NCBI GenBank assembly: GCA_030390025.1
Contig: CM059432.1
Coordinates: 56,422,001-56,486,000 of the forward strand
DNA length: 64,000 bases
Direction: 5' to 3'
From: Squalus acanthias
Lineage: Eukaryota
Position numbers and translations under genes: made by a program. Below, in pieces: positions 11,954 through 24,780 of the stretch (position 1 is the first letter of the stretch; every line of letters starts with the position of its first letter). Below the pieces are notes generated by a model. The model was given only the letters and a program-made list of their open reading frames with translations, did not search any database and was not told the DNA's origin.

Positions 11954-12967
11954 CGTCTTTACTCTTCTACTCAAATCCTCTTGTAATAAAGGCCAACATA
12001 CCCATTTGCTTTCCTAATTGCATGCTGTACCTGCATGTTAACTTTCAGTGATTCGTGTACAAGGACACCCAGGCCCCTCTGAACACCAACATTTCCCAAT
12101 CTCTCTCCATTTTTAAAAATACTCTGTTTTTCTTTTTTTCCGACCAAAGTGGATAACTTCACATTTCTCCACATTATATTCCATTTGCTATGTTCTTGCC
12201 CACTCACTTAGCCTGTCTATAGCCCCTTAAAGCCTCCTTGCATCCTCCTCACAACTTACATTCCCACCAAGCCTTGTATCATCCGCAAACTTGGATATAT
12301 TACATTTGGTCCCCTATGGGGAAAGAGCAGGGGAGGGGGTTAATTGGATAGCTCTTTCAAAGAACCGGCACAGGCACGATGGGCTGAATGGCCTTCTCTT
12401 TAAGATTATATGAATTGAAATAAAAAGTATAACCATTCAAAGTAAAGAAAAAAAAAACAATAATACATAGTAGTATGATAATAGCGGTGGGTAACTTTAT
12501 GGCTTAATTCTGAAGTCAGTTTGGAGCACTAATGTGCTTGTCAACTTCAGCAAGTAACTTATTACAGTAATAGTTTGTAAAAACACTGTTCTAACTTTTC
12601 TGGAGGACTCAGCCAGCTAAATAGTAAACCGAAGAGAAGCATTATGCTATCATTGAGCCACTAGTCAATGGGTTTATCCGGTGACTAGCTGATCCATACA
12701 GACCAAGAAGCAGCGGAAACTTTGGCTGTTAGTTTGACAAAGTTGTAGGTGAGTTGAGATTTTAACTTCAAATATGTAAGCACTATTTTCGGACAGATTT
12801 GTTTAATAGAGTTGGAGCTGACTGGGCTTAAATGTAAACGTCTTTGTTTTTAGCTCACTTTGAAAAATGTTGTGCAAAATAGTATTCAGTAAATGGATTA
12901 TTAATAGCTGGAGGCAGTTAGTTTCAAATGATTCCTTGCTCAAAATTTTAATTTTCCTTCGGGATTC

Positions 12968-14436
12968 TACAGGTTGTCTTCCATGCATACTCCCTCACCT
13001 TTTTTAAAACGGTACATTGATGGCTGTATTGGTGCCGTTTCCTGCTCTCGCCCTGAACTGGAAAAATTCATTCTCTTCGCTTCCAATTTCCACCTCGCCT
13101 TCACATGGTCCATCTTCGACTCTTCCCTTCCCTTCCTTGACTTCTCTGTCTCCATTTCTGGGGATAGGCTATCGACCAACATCCACTCTAAGCCCACTGA
13201 CTCCCACAGCTATCTGGAATACACTTCCTCTCACCCCGCTTCCTGAAAGGACTCTCTTCCATTCTCCCAGTTTCTCCATCTCCGTTGTATCTGTTCTGAC
13301 GAATGCCACCTTCCATACTAGTGCTTCCGATATGTCTTCCTTTTTCCTCAACCGAGGATTCTCCTCTACCGTGGTTGACAGGGTCCTCAACCGTGTCTGT
13401 TCTGTTTCCCGCACTTCTTCTCCCACCCCTTTCTCTCCCTCCCAGAACCACAATAGGGTTCCCCTTGTCCTCACCTTCCACCCCAACAGCCTCCACATTC
13501 AACGGATCATCTTCCGCCACCTCTAGCATAATCCCACCACCAAACACATCTTCCCTTCACCTCCCCTCCCCTCCCCTTTCAGCATTCCGAAGGGACTGTT
13601 CCCTCCGCGACACCCTGGTCCACTCCTCAATCACCCCCGACACTCCCTCCCCTTCCCAAGGCACCTTCCCGTGCAAGCGCAGAAGATGCAACACCTGCCC
13701 TTTTCCCTCCTCCCTTCGCACCTTCCAGGGCCCCAAACACTCCTTCCAGGTGAAACAGCGATTTACTTGTACTTCTTTAAATTTAGTATACTGTATTCGC
13801 TGCTCATGGTGTGGTCTCCTCTACATTGGGGAGACCAAACGCAGATTGGGTGACCGCTTTGCGGAACACCTCCGTTCAGTCGGCAAGTGTGACCCCGCGC
13901 TTCCGGTCGGCAGGCAATTTAATTCTCCATTACACTCCCACTCTGACCTCTCTGTTCTTGGCCTCCTACACTGTTCCAATGAAGCTCAATGTAAGCTCGA
14001 GGAACAGCACCTCATCTTTCGATTAGGCACTTTACAGCCTTCTTGACTCATCGAGTTCAACAATTTTGGAGCATAACCTCTGCCCCCATTTTTATTAGAC
14101 GGCAGTTGTTGATGATTCTACTATTCCCATTTTCACTCGACCCTTTTTTTTTTACTTGTCCCATTACCATCTCCTTTTGCTTTGTACAATCATACCTTTT
14201 GTCATTTAATCTTTCCTGCCTTTCACCCTGTCACAGACCTTCCCTTTTGTTCTTTCCGCCCCTCCCCCCACCCCACCCCCCTTTTCCTGCCTCTGCACTT
14301 GCTTAAAACCTGTTAGTTCTCTAATTTTTCCAGTTCTGACGAAAGATCATCAACCTGAAACTTTGACACTGTTTCTCTCTCCGCAGATGCTGCCTGCCCT
14401 GCTGAGTATTTCCAGCACTTTGTGTTTTTATTTCAG
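12968..14436 (+). mobile_element. Penelope-like retroelement, 5'-truncated (RT C-terminus, GIY-YIG endonuclease, pseudo-LTR)
   Basis: RYIDG, LPFLD, KPTDSHSYL (PLE RT); CKRRRCNTC and LVYCIRCSWCGLLYIGETKRRLGDRFAEH (GIY-YIG); frameshifts and stops present. Confidence 0.93.
14331..14371 (+). ncRNA. Degenerate hammerhead motif in the Penelope pseudo-LTR
   Basis: CAGTT-CTGACGA-AAGATCATCAACCT-GAAA-CTTTGAC: cores present, helix II mismatched. Confidence 0.5.
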
Positions 14437-14720
14437 GAATTCTTATTATAAATTGCCATCAAATCAGGCTCTGACTTCCAAATGATTTATTGCCCAGTCG
14501 TCATATTGATTCAATATTGTTGTCTTGTTGGCTGCTGTTCAAAAATGTCAATTTCATGAGGAAGAATTGTTGGCACCCCGATGAGATAACCGCTTTAAAT
14601 TACTCAACAGAATAAACCAGTCTGCATTCCTAAACTGCTCACTCCACCAGATGGTTTGTTACACTGCTTATTTATAATTAACCATTTCCCCCTGCATAAT
14701 ATTAGTAGAGGCATGATAAT

Positions 14721-15343
14721 GGTCCTGAATTTGTGGTCGGAGGCTTCCCGCGGGGAAATGCCTCCAATCCGCAAAGAAGATCCGCACTTACCTGGGGCCT
14801 CGGGATCCACGGCGACTTGCGCTCATGGGCCTCTCCGGGTACGCGCGGATCAAAGCCCACGTATCCCAGGGGCGCATGCGGTTCGCAAGCGCCCCTGGGA
14901 TCACGTGGGCTGGCCTAACAAATGAAAGAAGGGGAATCCCCATAAGCATGAATGGGAATACCCCAAAAAATACATGTACACATCAAATAAATTAAAAAAA
15001 AAATTACATTTAAAATTAATTACAATGCCATTTAATTAATTATTTAAAACAAAATTAAATTTTTTGAAAAATAAATTGAAATATTTTAAAGGGGCTAAAA
15101 ATAACCTGACCTTATTGTACAGGCTTTTTAATGTTTAAATGATAAAAATAATTTTTTTCAATGTTCATTTAAACTCTTGCGCTGGTAAAAGCAGGCCTTA
15201 CACCTGCTTTTACCAGGCATAAGAATTTATCGGGCATTCGCTGGTCAGAAGTTGGACAAATAGTCCAACTCTCTGCCCGGGGATGCGTGGGATGTGTCAC
15301 CTTGTACCTTGTATGCATCCGTAGAGGCCGCAAAATATGGGCC
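14721..15343. mobile_element. PIF/Harbinger-like MITE, same family as 2341-3043
   Basis: TIR GGTCCTGAATTTGTGGTC / GGCCGCAAAATATGGGCC; TSD AAT on both sides; shares CGTATCCCAGGGGCGCATGCGGTTCGCAAGC and CTGGTAAAAGCAGGCCTTAC with 2341-3043. Confidence 0.88.
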
Positions 15344-15671
15344 AATATCATTTTAATTGGGTAACCCAATCGACATTGTTACAAGGCAGTAATATAGAAG
15401 GAATTGAGATGAAATTGCAAACTATAATGGTGAGAGTCAATTTATAATTTTTCCTTTCATGAAGGTGTGTTGCTGTTTTAAAGTATATGGTAACCTAAGT
15501 ATTTGTTGCACTTATCTCTTTATTGCATTTACTGTTTGATTATTTGTGTTTTTGATAGCAGGGGTGTTGTGGTGGACAGTGATGGTTGTCCGTGATTGAA
15601 TCACATGATTTGATAAATGGGATTGGTGAGCTGTGATCTTGAGATTTGTTTAACTGAAGAATGCAAAAATT

Positions 15672-18008
15672 AATTCATGGAATGTGGGCATTGCTGGCAA
15701 GGCCAGCATTTATTGTTCTTGAGAAGGTGGTGGTGAGCTGCCTTCTTGAAGTGCTGCAGTGTGTGAGGTGAAGGTGTTCCCACAGTGCAGTTAGGGAGGG
15801 AGTTTCAGGATTTTGACCCAGTGACTATGAAGGAATGGCGATATATTTTCAAGTCAGGATGGTGTGTGACTTGGAGGGGACAGAGAAACATAGAAACATA
15901 GAAGATAGGAGCAGGAGTAGGCCATTCGGCCCCTCGAGCCTGTTCCGCCATTTAATGAGATCATGGCTGATCATCCAAATTCAGTACCCTGTCCCTGCTT
16001 TCTCCCATATCCCTTGATCCCTTTAGCCTTAAGAAATATATCTAACTCCTTCTTGAATATATTTAATGAATTGGCCTCAACTGCCTTGTGTGGTAGAGAA
16101 TTCCACAGGTTCACCACTCTCTGGGTGAAGAAATTCCTCCTCATCTCAGTCCTAAATGGATTACCCCTTATCCTTAGACTGTGACCCCTGGTTCTGGACT
16201 CCCCCGCCATCGGGAACATCCTTCCTGCATCTAGTCTGTCTAGTCCTGTTAGAATTTTATGTTTCAATGAGATCCCCTCTCATTCTTCTAAACTCTAGCG
16301 AATATAAGCCTAATTGACCCAATCTCTCTTCATACGTCATTCCTGCCATCCCAGGTTTCAGTCTGGTGAATCTTCGCTGCATTCCCTCCATGGCAAGAAC
16401 ATCCTTCCTCAGATAAGGCGACCAAAACTGCACTCAATACTCCAAGGTGTGGTCTCACCAAGGCCCTGTACAACTGCAGCAAGACATCCTTGCTCCTGTA
16501 CTCGAATCCTCTCGCTATGAAGGCCAACATACCATTTGCCTTCTTAACCGCCTGCTGCACCTGCATGCTTACCTTCAGCGACTGGTGCATAAGGACTCCC
16601 AGATCTCGTTGCACTTCCCCTTTTCCCAATCTATTGCCGTTCAGATAATAATCTGTCTTCCTGTTTTTGCCACCAAAGTGGATAACCTCGCATTTATCCA
16701 TGTTATACTGCATCTGCCATGCAGCTGCCCAATCACCCAACCTGTCCAAATCATACTGGAGTTTCTCTGCATCCTCCTCACAGCACACACGCCCACCCAG
16801 CTTTGTGTAGTCTGCAAACTTGGAGATATTACATCTAGTTCCCTCGTCTAGATCATTAATATAGAGGTGATGGTGTTCCCATGAGCCTGATGCCCTTCTA
16901 GTCGATAGAGGTCACGGGTTTGGGAGATGCTGTCGAAGAAGCCTTGGCGAATTGCTGCAGTCATCACTTCTACCAGTACTGTCATGGACAAATGCATTTG
17001 CGACAGGTAGATTGGTGAGGACGAGGTCAAGTAGGTATTTCCCTCGTGTTAGTTTTCTCACCACCTGCTACAGACAAGTCTTGCAGCTATGTCCTTCTGG
17101 GCTTGGTCAGTAGTGGTGACACTGAGCCACTCTTAGTAATGGATCTTGAAGTCCCTTACCCAGACTACGTTCTGTGCCCTTGCTGCCCTCAGTGCTTCTT
17201 CCAAGTGGTGTTCAACATGGAGGAGTACTGATTCATCAGCTGAGGGAGGTCGGTCAGTAGGTGGTAATCAGCAGAAGTTTTCCTTGCCCATGCTTGACCT
17301 GAAGCCATGAGACTTCATGGGATCTGGAGTCAATGTTGAGGACTCCCAGGGCCACTCCCTCCCGACTGTATGCCACTGTGACACCACCCCTGGTGGGTCT
17401 GTCCTGCCGGTGGGACAGGACCTACCAAGGGATGGTGATGGAGGAATCTTGGCCATTGGCTGAGGGAGGGCGATAGGTGGTAATCAGTAGTAGGTTTCCT
17501 TGCACATATCCTGCCGGTGGGATAGGACATATCCAGCGATGGTGAAGGAGGTGTCTGGAACGTTGACTGAAAGGTATGATTTTGTGAATATGACTGTCAG
17601 GTTGTTGCTCGTCTAGTCTGTGGGACAGCACTCCCAATTTTGTCACAAGTCCCCAGATGTTAGTGAGGAGGACTTTGCAGGGTCGACAAGGCTGGGTGTG
17701 CCTTTGTTGTGTCCGGTGACTAGGTCGATGCCGGGTGGCTGTCCGGTTTTATTCTTAGTATACTTCTTTGTAGCGGTTTGGTATAACTGAGTGGCTTGCT
17801 AGGCCATTTCAGAGGGCAGTTACGATCAACCACATTTCTGTGGGTCTGGAGCCGTATATAGGCCAGACCAGGTAAGGACGGCAGGTTTCCTTCCCTAAAG
17901 GACATTAGTGAACCAGATGGGTTTTTACGACAATCCGGTAGTTTCATGGTCACCATTACTGGTGCTAGCTTTTTATTCCAGATTTATTTAATTAACTGAA
18001 TTCATATT
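15672..18008 (-). mobile_element. Internally deleted APE-RT LINE (CR1-group, Zenon-like), split by CR1 15881-16862
   Basis: Reverse complement of the tail and 5' region of 24781-26824; APE N-terminus LTNIWGLVTKLGVLSHRLDEQQPD on the minus strand near 17670-17590. Confidence 0.75.
15881..16862 (-). mobile_element. 5'-truncated CR1 LINE
   Basis: ORFs WQMQYNMDKCEVIHFG, LYRALVRPHL, FFTQRVVNLWNSLP; (CATAGAAA)n tail. Confidence 0.9.
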
Positions 18009-19099
18009 TTCTGCAATTGAAACGAAAATGCTTCTTAGCGTCAAATGCAGAGCTAGCAAAAATGGTTTCCAAGCAGAAAGCAAAACTTGAAAGAAGGAAA
18101 CATAATATGGTCCTACAAAACGCAAGCAATGTTTGATAATGGAGAGGAAACAGGTTTTTATCATTGTCTATTTTAGTCTAGGTTAATTTCTTAACGCTTT
18201 TTACGTGTCTTGATCTTTTTTGTTCAAGCTCAAATATAAATAGGGACTTCTGTCATTCTACTGGAGGACACGAAAGAAAAAAAGAAAGACTTGCATTTAT
18301 ATAGCGCCTTTTACGACCACCGCACGTCTCAAAGCGCTTTACAGCCAATGAAGTACTTTTTGAAGTGCAGTCACTGTTGTAATGAGTCACCTGTATACGT
18401 TGAACTTCCTTCACGTTGCTATATGAGATCTGAGTTTTTGTTTTCTCCTGTTCATCTGATGTGCCAGATGGTGAATTCAAGAAACCAACATTGTAACTGG
18501 TTTGTACCTGCAGCCACCATTACTTTTGCTAATGACTTTCTTGCAGCCTGTAATATCTACCGAGAGAGCACATAAGCTCAAGAGACATAGATTTCTTTGT
18601 ATAGTTCTTGGCATATAAATAAGTTTGAACTGTGAGTGGTTTGGTTAGCTGTAAATATTTGCAGTGGGCGAATGCATAATAAAGCTGTGTAGGTGTGTAG
18701 ACCAACAGCATCATGCATGCTCTTGCCTCAGGTATTAGGCTGCAGTGTTGGACTTTTCCATTTATCTCTATGATGCTATGGTTTCACCTCAGGGATACAT
18801 TTGCGATGAGCTGTTAACCATTGTTGTCTTCCCTGGTTCTTGGATAGTTTTCTTAAGCTCTTGACCTTTAACTAACACCTTGCACATGCCATTGTCTGTT
18901 ATCCTGCATGTTCTGTCTAATTGAAGAACTTGTGTAACTAAGTTAACGTTTGGAACACTCTTATCATCTATGTTGATCAGAACAAAAGCCTTAAAAAATT
19001 TTTTCCAAAACTTTGTCTCAGCTTTCCAAGACCTTGTAACATTCTTAATCTTTCCAGCAACTCATTTTTTTATTCATATTCATTGCACTTCTTAAAATT

Positions 19100-19620
19100 C
19101 ACAGGATGTGGGTGACACTGGCAAGGCATCTAGTTGTCCTGAGAAGGTGATCGTGTGTTGCCACCTTGATCCACTGGAGGGAGGTGCTGTTGAAGTTTGC
19201 TTGGTGGGTTGGTGCAGTATATTTTATAATACAAAATACTGCAGCCACGGTGCGCTGGCAGTGAAGGGGCTGGATATTGAGTTCAGTGGCAGGAGACCAA
19301 TCAAGTAGACTGCTTTAATCTGGATAGTATTCATCTTCTTGAGTGTTGTGGTTGCAGCCATTCAGGCAAGTAGTGACTGGTCCATCGCATTGCTGACTTA
19401 AGCTTTGTGGATGATGGAGAGAATTTGAGGGTTCAGGAAGTGAGCCAACCATCAACATCCCCACAGTGTTGATATGGCTGGACCAGTTAAGCTGCTGGTC
19501 AGTGTTGATGGTGGGAGACTCGGCAATGGTGATGCTGTTGATCGTAAGGGGGGGAAGTGATTGAGTTTTTTTTCCTGTAAATGGTCATTGTCTGGCGCTT
19601 ATTTGGCATGAATGTTAACT
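19100..19620 (-). mobile_element. Old fragment of the Zenon-like LINE
   Basis: Degenerate reverse-complement similarity to 26030-26810 (GGATGTGGGTGACACTGGCAAGGC, TTCTTGAGTGTTG). Confidence 0.55.
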
Positions 19621-20185
19621 TTTTCCTGAAACCTTGTCATTTAGGTGAATGATTTTTTACCTTAAATACATTAAGCTACTCCATAAACATGATTTCAGAT
19701 GATACCAATTGCAGCATACAAATCCACTTGCATAATTAACTTCAAATAAACAATTCAGCTATACAAACTTGAAGAAGTTATCTGTCAAGTTTAACTTTTT
19801 TTAAATAGAAAAACTTGCAATTGTGCTTCCAGTATCTGTGAAAATGTCCTATCATGATGTCAACTCTTAAGAAAATCAATCCCTCTTTGTCTGGACTGCT
19901 TGCTCATGATTCTTGCTAGTGAAACTTCAGCATTAGCTCAATCAATGGTTCTTTAATCGTGGAGAAAATAGCTTCTTTGTTTGGTTCGTTCTACCCACAT
20001 TCTGTCCAGAGTTTGTTCAATGTGAGGACTTACTTCATATCGGAAATTAATCCTATGGTTAGATTCATTTGCAGCTTACCTGTACAATGTGAAATCTTGT
20101 AACTTTGAGAAGCTAAAAAACTTGTGTGTCTAGGGTTTCATTCATAAGAAATTAGATAAAAATTGATAACAGACATCAATATATT

Positions 20186-20557
20186 AGCCTGGATTTTGCG
20201 GTGGGTATGATGGTGTACTCTCGGAATATGTCGTCCTACCGCTTTTGAAATCCACCGCAAGTTTGGGATTTTGTATGCGCTAAATCCCGAACTTGCGATA
20301 TATCAACGTGCCCATTGACAGGCCATCCGCTCCGCCACCAAAAACCTAATTGCTGGCGCAGAGTTGGGCTATTTGCCCAACAGCTGCCCAGCAATTACGT
20401 ACGGAAATTTTTCGGCTAGTGGAAACAGGGGCCGGGCCTGTTTCCACAGCGTAAGGATATACCCGAAATTAAGTTTGCACAGGAGGGCCACCATTAGGTA
20501 GGTGCATATTCTTTTCGCAGGTTGGCGGTGTACTCCGCCGACCGCAATTTTTGGCCC
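20186..20557. mobile_element. Short GGCCC-ended MITE
   Basis: Ends AGCCTGGATTTTGCGGT / ACCGCAATTTTTGGCCC; flanks ATT/AAT; carries the family hairpin GTTGGGCTATTTGCCCAAC in reverse orientation. Confidence 0.65.
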
Positions 20558-22464
20558 AATCTTGTCGTTTTGTGTCAATAATGGTAGGCTGGTCTGCAAG
20601 AAAGCGATCAGATTCTAAATCAACCTAGGGTAATTTTTTTTTGTCACGTGTTGTAATGATATGGCTGTAGGTACTAAAATGTTAAACCAGTTATGCTTCC
20701 AGACCATGTGTATTTACCTTCTCATTAACATTCCATGGGGTTATCTTCATGACCCCATTGTCATCTAATCCTAAAAAAATTAAAAGACGATGTCTGTTGT
20801 CACTTGTCAAGACAGTATTTGTGAAGATGTTCTTGTAGCTACGAGTCCTCTCTACTGAGTCATCAAATACCTTTTAAGCTGGTTAAAACAGGGAGTAACT
20901 GAGCTCTACAGATCTGCAAAGTTCTAGGTTTGGTTCCTGGTATGTGCAGAATTATCAGATGCCAAATGCGGTAGCAGTAGGCAGTGATTGACCTTGGTGC
21001 TCCTAGCAAGCATTCAGCCTCCAATTTGAAATGCAAGTGAAAGAATTTCATTCGCTAGTGTCAGTACCACAGTTGTGACTGTTACAAGATTGACTGCACG
21101 CTCTTGAGGGGGTGAGAAAGCATGTTGTTACCATTTATGCTCACTTTGGGAGCAGAGTTTAGCATCATCCTTTGGTTTTTCACAAAATTCTGCCCTGCTA
21201 AAAGAATTGTTAAGTATGTTTCGTTGTAATTTCTTGGCTCTTCAGTAACCACCAGCACAAGCTGTTGGAGCTTATTCTACTCGTCTCTGGCCGGACCATG
21301 AACCCAGATGTAACTGTTCCACTGGCTTATCAATTGTTTGGATTACTAATTTGAATGTGGAATTTGAATTATATCTTAAAAAAATAAGGGAGACATGTAC
21401 CTAGGCTAGGCAATCAAGTTCGGAACAAAGACTTGGTAAATGTTTGTGAAATGGCAGAACAGGTCTATTTTACAGCACTTTGTTAAAAGCTTACCTTTTT
21501 TTGTTTGAGTTACAGATTCTTTTGTTTTAAAAAATATTTCTGATTATTTCTAGTGTTATCTATGCAATATTTTTCAATACCATGAAAAACGTTCTTTGAT
21601 AGTTTTTATGAACACAGTTGCAATTTATTTCTTTGGTAGCCCAACACAAAAAGTGGTTCCTAAAGTAAGGTGTTAAAAGCTGCGCAGGAGCTCTGGGTAT
21701 TTTTTGATGTTTCATCAAAATTCATGGAGGCTGAGATTGATTCAGATGTAAGGTGGATGAGAGAGTAATTGGAATAAATCAGATATGTGAGAGAACTGAA
21801 GAAGACTGCAAAGGATATGGGTTGGCAGCAATACACACCAACATATTGATCTTGCCCACTAGTATAAAAGAGTGTTTTTCATGGTACTGAAAAATATTGC
21901 ATAGATCACACTGTAAATAATCAGAAATATTTTCTAAAACGAAAGAATCTGTAATTCAAACATTAGGTGAAACTGCTGAATAATAAACTGATTTCACATA
22001 AGCAAAGAGGTCTAGGTTAATAACCAGTGTTACTTTGACATTTAGAATATGTAGATCTGGCACAAGAAAAGGATTAGATGTTAGGAGGTATTATGTTTCG
22101 CACAGAGTCTTCGACCTCTGGAATAAGTTGCCAGCAGGTGCAATGAGTGCGGATTCACATTTTCAAGTTAGGTGGGTCATTTGGGGTTGTTACCCATTCA
22201 CTGTGGTCCCCTGGAGCTTGCTTGATCACTTTCGTGTGTCGGAGAGGAATTCCCAGCATTTTTTAAATAAAATTGGCCTAGAGTTTTTTCTGTTTTTTTT
22301 GTCTGTCTCAGGAGATTGTGTGAGGGTGGGAGAAATGCGGGTGATGGTGTGCAGAACCTACACCAAGTCAGAATAGACCAGGCTTGATGGAAAACTGGTC
22401 ATTACCTATCCTTTTTTGTAAGAGCTGCTATAGTTCAACTGGCACTCTAGAAAGGTGAGCTCAT

Positions 22465-22840
22465 AATCTAGGCTGACACTTCAATGCAGTACTGAGGAAG
22501 TGCTGGACTGTTGGAGGTACTGTCTTTTGAATGAGATGTTAAAATGAGGTCAAGTCTGTCCTCTCAAATGGACAGAAAAGATCTCCTAGCACGATTTGAG
22601 AAAGAGAGGATTTTTTCCCCATGTACTGGCCAACATTTATCTCTCAACCAACATCACCAAAACAATTCAATTGGTCATTTATCTTTTGGCTGTTTGTGAG
22701 ACCTTAATACGTACAAATTGGCTGCCGCATTTTCCTACCCAACAACAATGACTACCCTTGAAAAGTAATTAATTGTCTGTGAGGCATATTGGGATGTCCT
22801 GAGGTCAAGAAACGCTCTATGTATGTGCAAGTTCTTTCTA
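22465..22840 (+). mobile_element. Deu-domain SINE, degenerate and headless
   Basis: Collinear with 42445-42820 (CTAGGCTGACACT...TGTTGGAGGT...GAGATGTTAAA...). Confidence 0.75.
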
Positions 22841-23929
22841 TTTTTTAATTAAACAGATGTATCAGAAACTATAATTGACAGATTTTATTTAATTTGACAA
22901 AAAACATGTTTTCAATGATCTCTTCCCTACTTTTTGTTCCCAGTGCCTAAATCATGAGCAGACAACACTCTGACAACAATCGTCTTTCAAGGCCTAGATA
23001 AGAGTTTTCTGTCCAAAGACTGTGACGCATCAGTCTTTCTTTGTTTAATGTTTACAATCCACTAGCTTGAGCTAGTTTAAGAGTATGAACTAGCTACACC
23101 TGGCTGTAGCAGAATGTGTATACGTTGTGAGGATTGATGCTTCAACCTGAGTATCTTTTGCACACACTGAGAGCCTGCAGAGTGACCAGACCCTATCCTG
23201 GTAGCATTGTTGTCAGCTGACTTAGACAAACTGCCAACATCAGGAGAAATGGAAAGAGTTCACCTTGAACTGGAGAAAATAAGTTTCTGGATAAAATATT
23301 TTATAGTTCCTAAAAAGATGAAGTGTTTATCATATACTGGACCTCTTGAGTGGAAGTTTTCAACACCCTGTACCACTAGAGGGACCTCCAGATGCACAGC
23401 CCACGATTTTGCAATAAAGTGTGCAAGGTCCTGCTGAAGGTGTGGGGTCTTGGAAAATTCAACCCCATGCTTATAAACTCGTTCTTAAATATAAGAGAAA
23501 TTTCAGCTGGAATTCTTAATTACGTGTAGGATACAAGATCTCTTCAGTGGGACACTTCTAATCAGGAACAGCCTGGGTTGGTTACGTTTCTAGTTCCTGA
23601 TGGGTATTTTACTTGAGTATAATAGATGTGTTTGCTTGCTTGCAATCTTGTAAATTAAGCTAACTTGTCTCTAAAGTCTGAGCCTTTCTTAGGACTGGAG
23701 TGGCAGTCTTGTATGGTCCCAATCCAGTAGTGAGGCATACAACAATTAGTTGGGATTCATCAGATGTGACAGAACCTGGGACATGTAAAATCAACAATAT
23801 CCCACTATTATAGTTAAGATTTTATAACACTAGTTTTCGCTCAATGGTTGCGTTAAGATGCCCTGTGAACAAGCAGAATCCCCTTCGATCTGGGTGTACA
23901 GTGAAACCTGTGAATTACAGACACCTGGG

Positions 23930-24155
23930 GAATTGGCTTCAGAATGATGATTAGAATGTGGTACATGCTACCACATTGAGAAGTTGAGGCGAGTAGTATA
24001 GATGCAATACGGAAAGCTAGATAAGTACATGAGGGAGAAAGGAATAGAAGGATATGCAGAATGGGAGGAGGCTTGTGTTTAGCAGAAACACTGGCATAGA
24101 CTAGTTGGGCTGAATGGCCTGTTTCTGTGCTGTAAATTCTATTAATTCTATGTAA
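23930..24155 (+). mobile_element. CR1 3' tail fragment
   Basis: Similar to 1360-1575; ends GGGCTGAATGGCCTGTTTCTGTGCTGTAAATTCTAT. Confidence 0.75.
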
Positions 24156-24780
24156 AATGTCGCAAATTCAATCCACCAGTTACTATTTTTAGGGCCATTT
24201 TTCTGGACAATCGCGCAGAAAATTTTTCTGACTTTTGGCTGGTTTATAATACTTAGCGAAAGTTGACTTAGATTTAGATCTGAAGGCAGTCGCTCCCATT
24301 GTTTGCTTAAAATGAAAATGTGACCACTTTATAGCTGAACGGAGCCTCCGTTTCTCATCATAGACTCAGACCGCTCATGGTGGTCAGAGGAGGATAAGGA
24401 GTACAGGGCAATTCTTTGCAATAATCTTCCCACATTTAACAGTGATAACACATGTGCCTATGACAGGATGGGGTGCCATCTACAGAGTAACTGGGCTCTG
24501 GGCAAGTGGACAATAGAGCAGTCTACCTGACACAGTAATCAGTCGGTACTAAGAGTCTGTACAAACAGCTGTGCAAAACTTGCAGACCTTAGTAGAGGAT
24601 TAGCCAATATATGTGGTTGGACAGCACTCTGGTGGTCTACTACTTCAATATTGTACCTGAACCCAGAGTCATTCTCTTTGAGGGAATACTTATTGAAAGA
24701 TGATGACTGTTAGACTAGGCTTTCCTGCCCTGCTTGGTAGATACCTTTCAAGGAGAGCATTTATTAATGGAGCTTATAAT

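Larger units (their letters stand above)
10044..12313 (-). mobile_element. 5'-truncated CR1 LINE with two nested insertions
   Basis: Minus-strand RT C-terminal fragments (RMRGDLIETYKIL, FFTQRVVNLWNSL), (CATAAGAA)n tail at the left end, 5-bp TSD CTATG (10039-10043, 12314-12318). Confidence 0.9.
9960..12415 (+). mobile_element. CR1 3' tail fragment (about 9960-10043 plus 12314-12415) split by a minus-strand CR1
   Basis: TTGCAGGGCTATG continues as CTATGGGGAAAGAGCAGG at 12314; CTATG is duplicated. Confidence 0.75.

Noticed and set aside
17230..17560. Internal repeated blocks (GCTGAGGGAGG...GGTGGTAATCAG; TCCTGCCGGTGG)
   Set aside because: Local duplication/deletion within a decayed LINE APE region; no sign of function.
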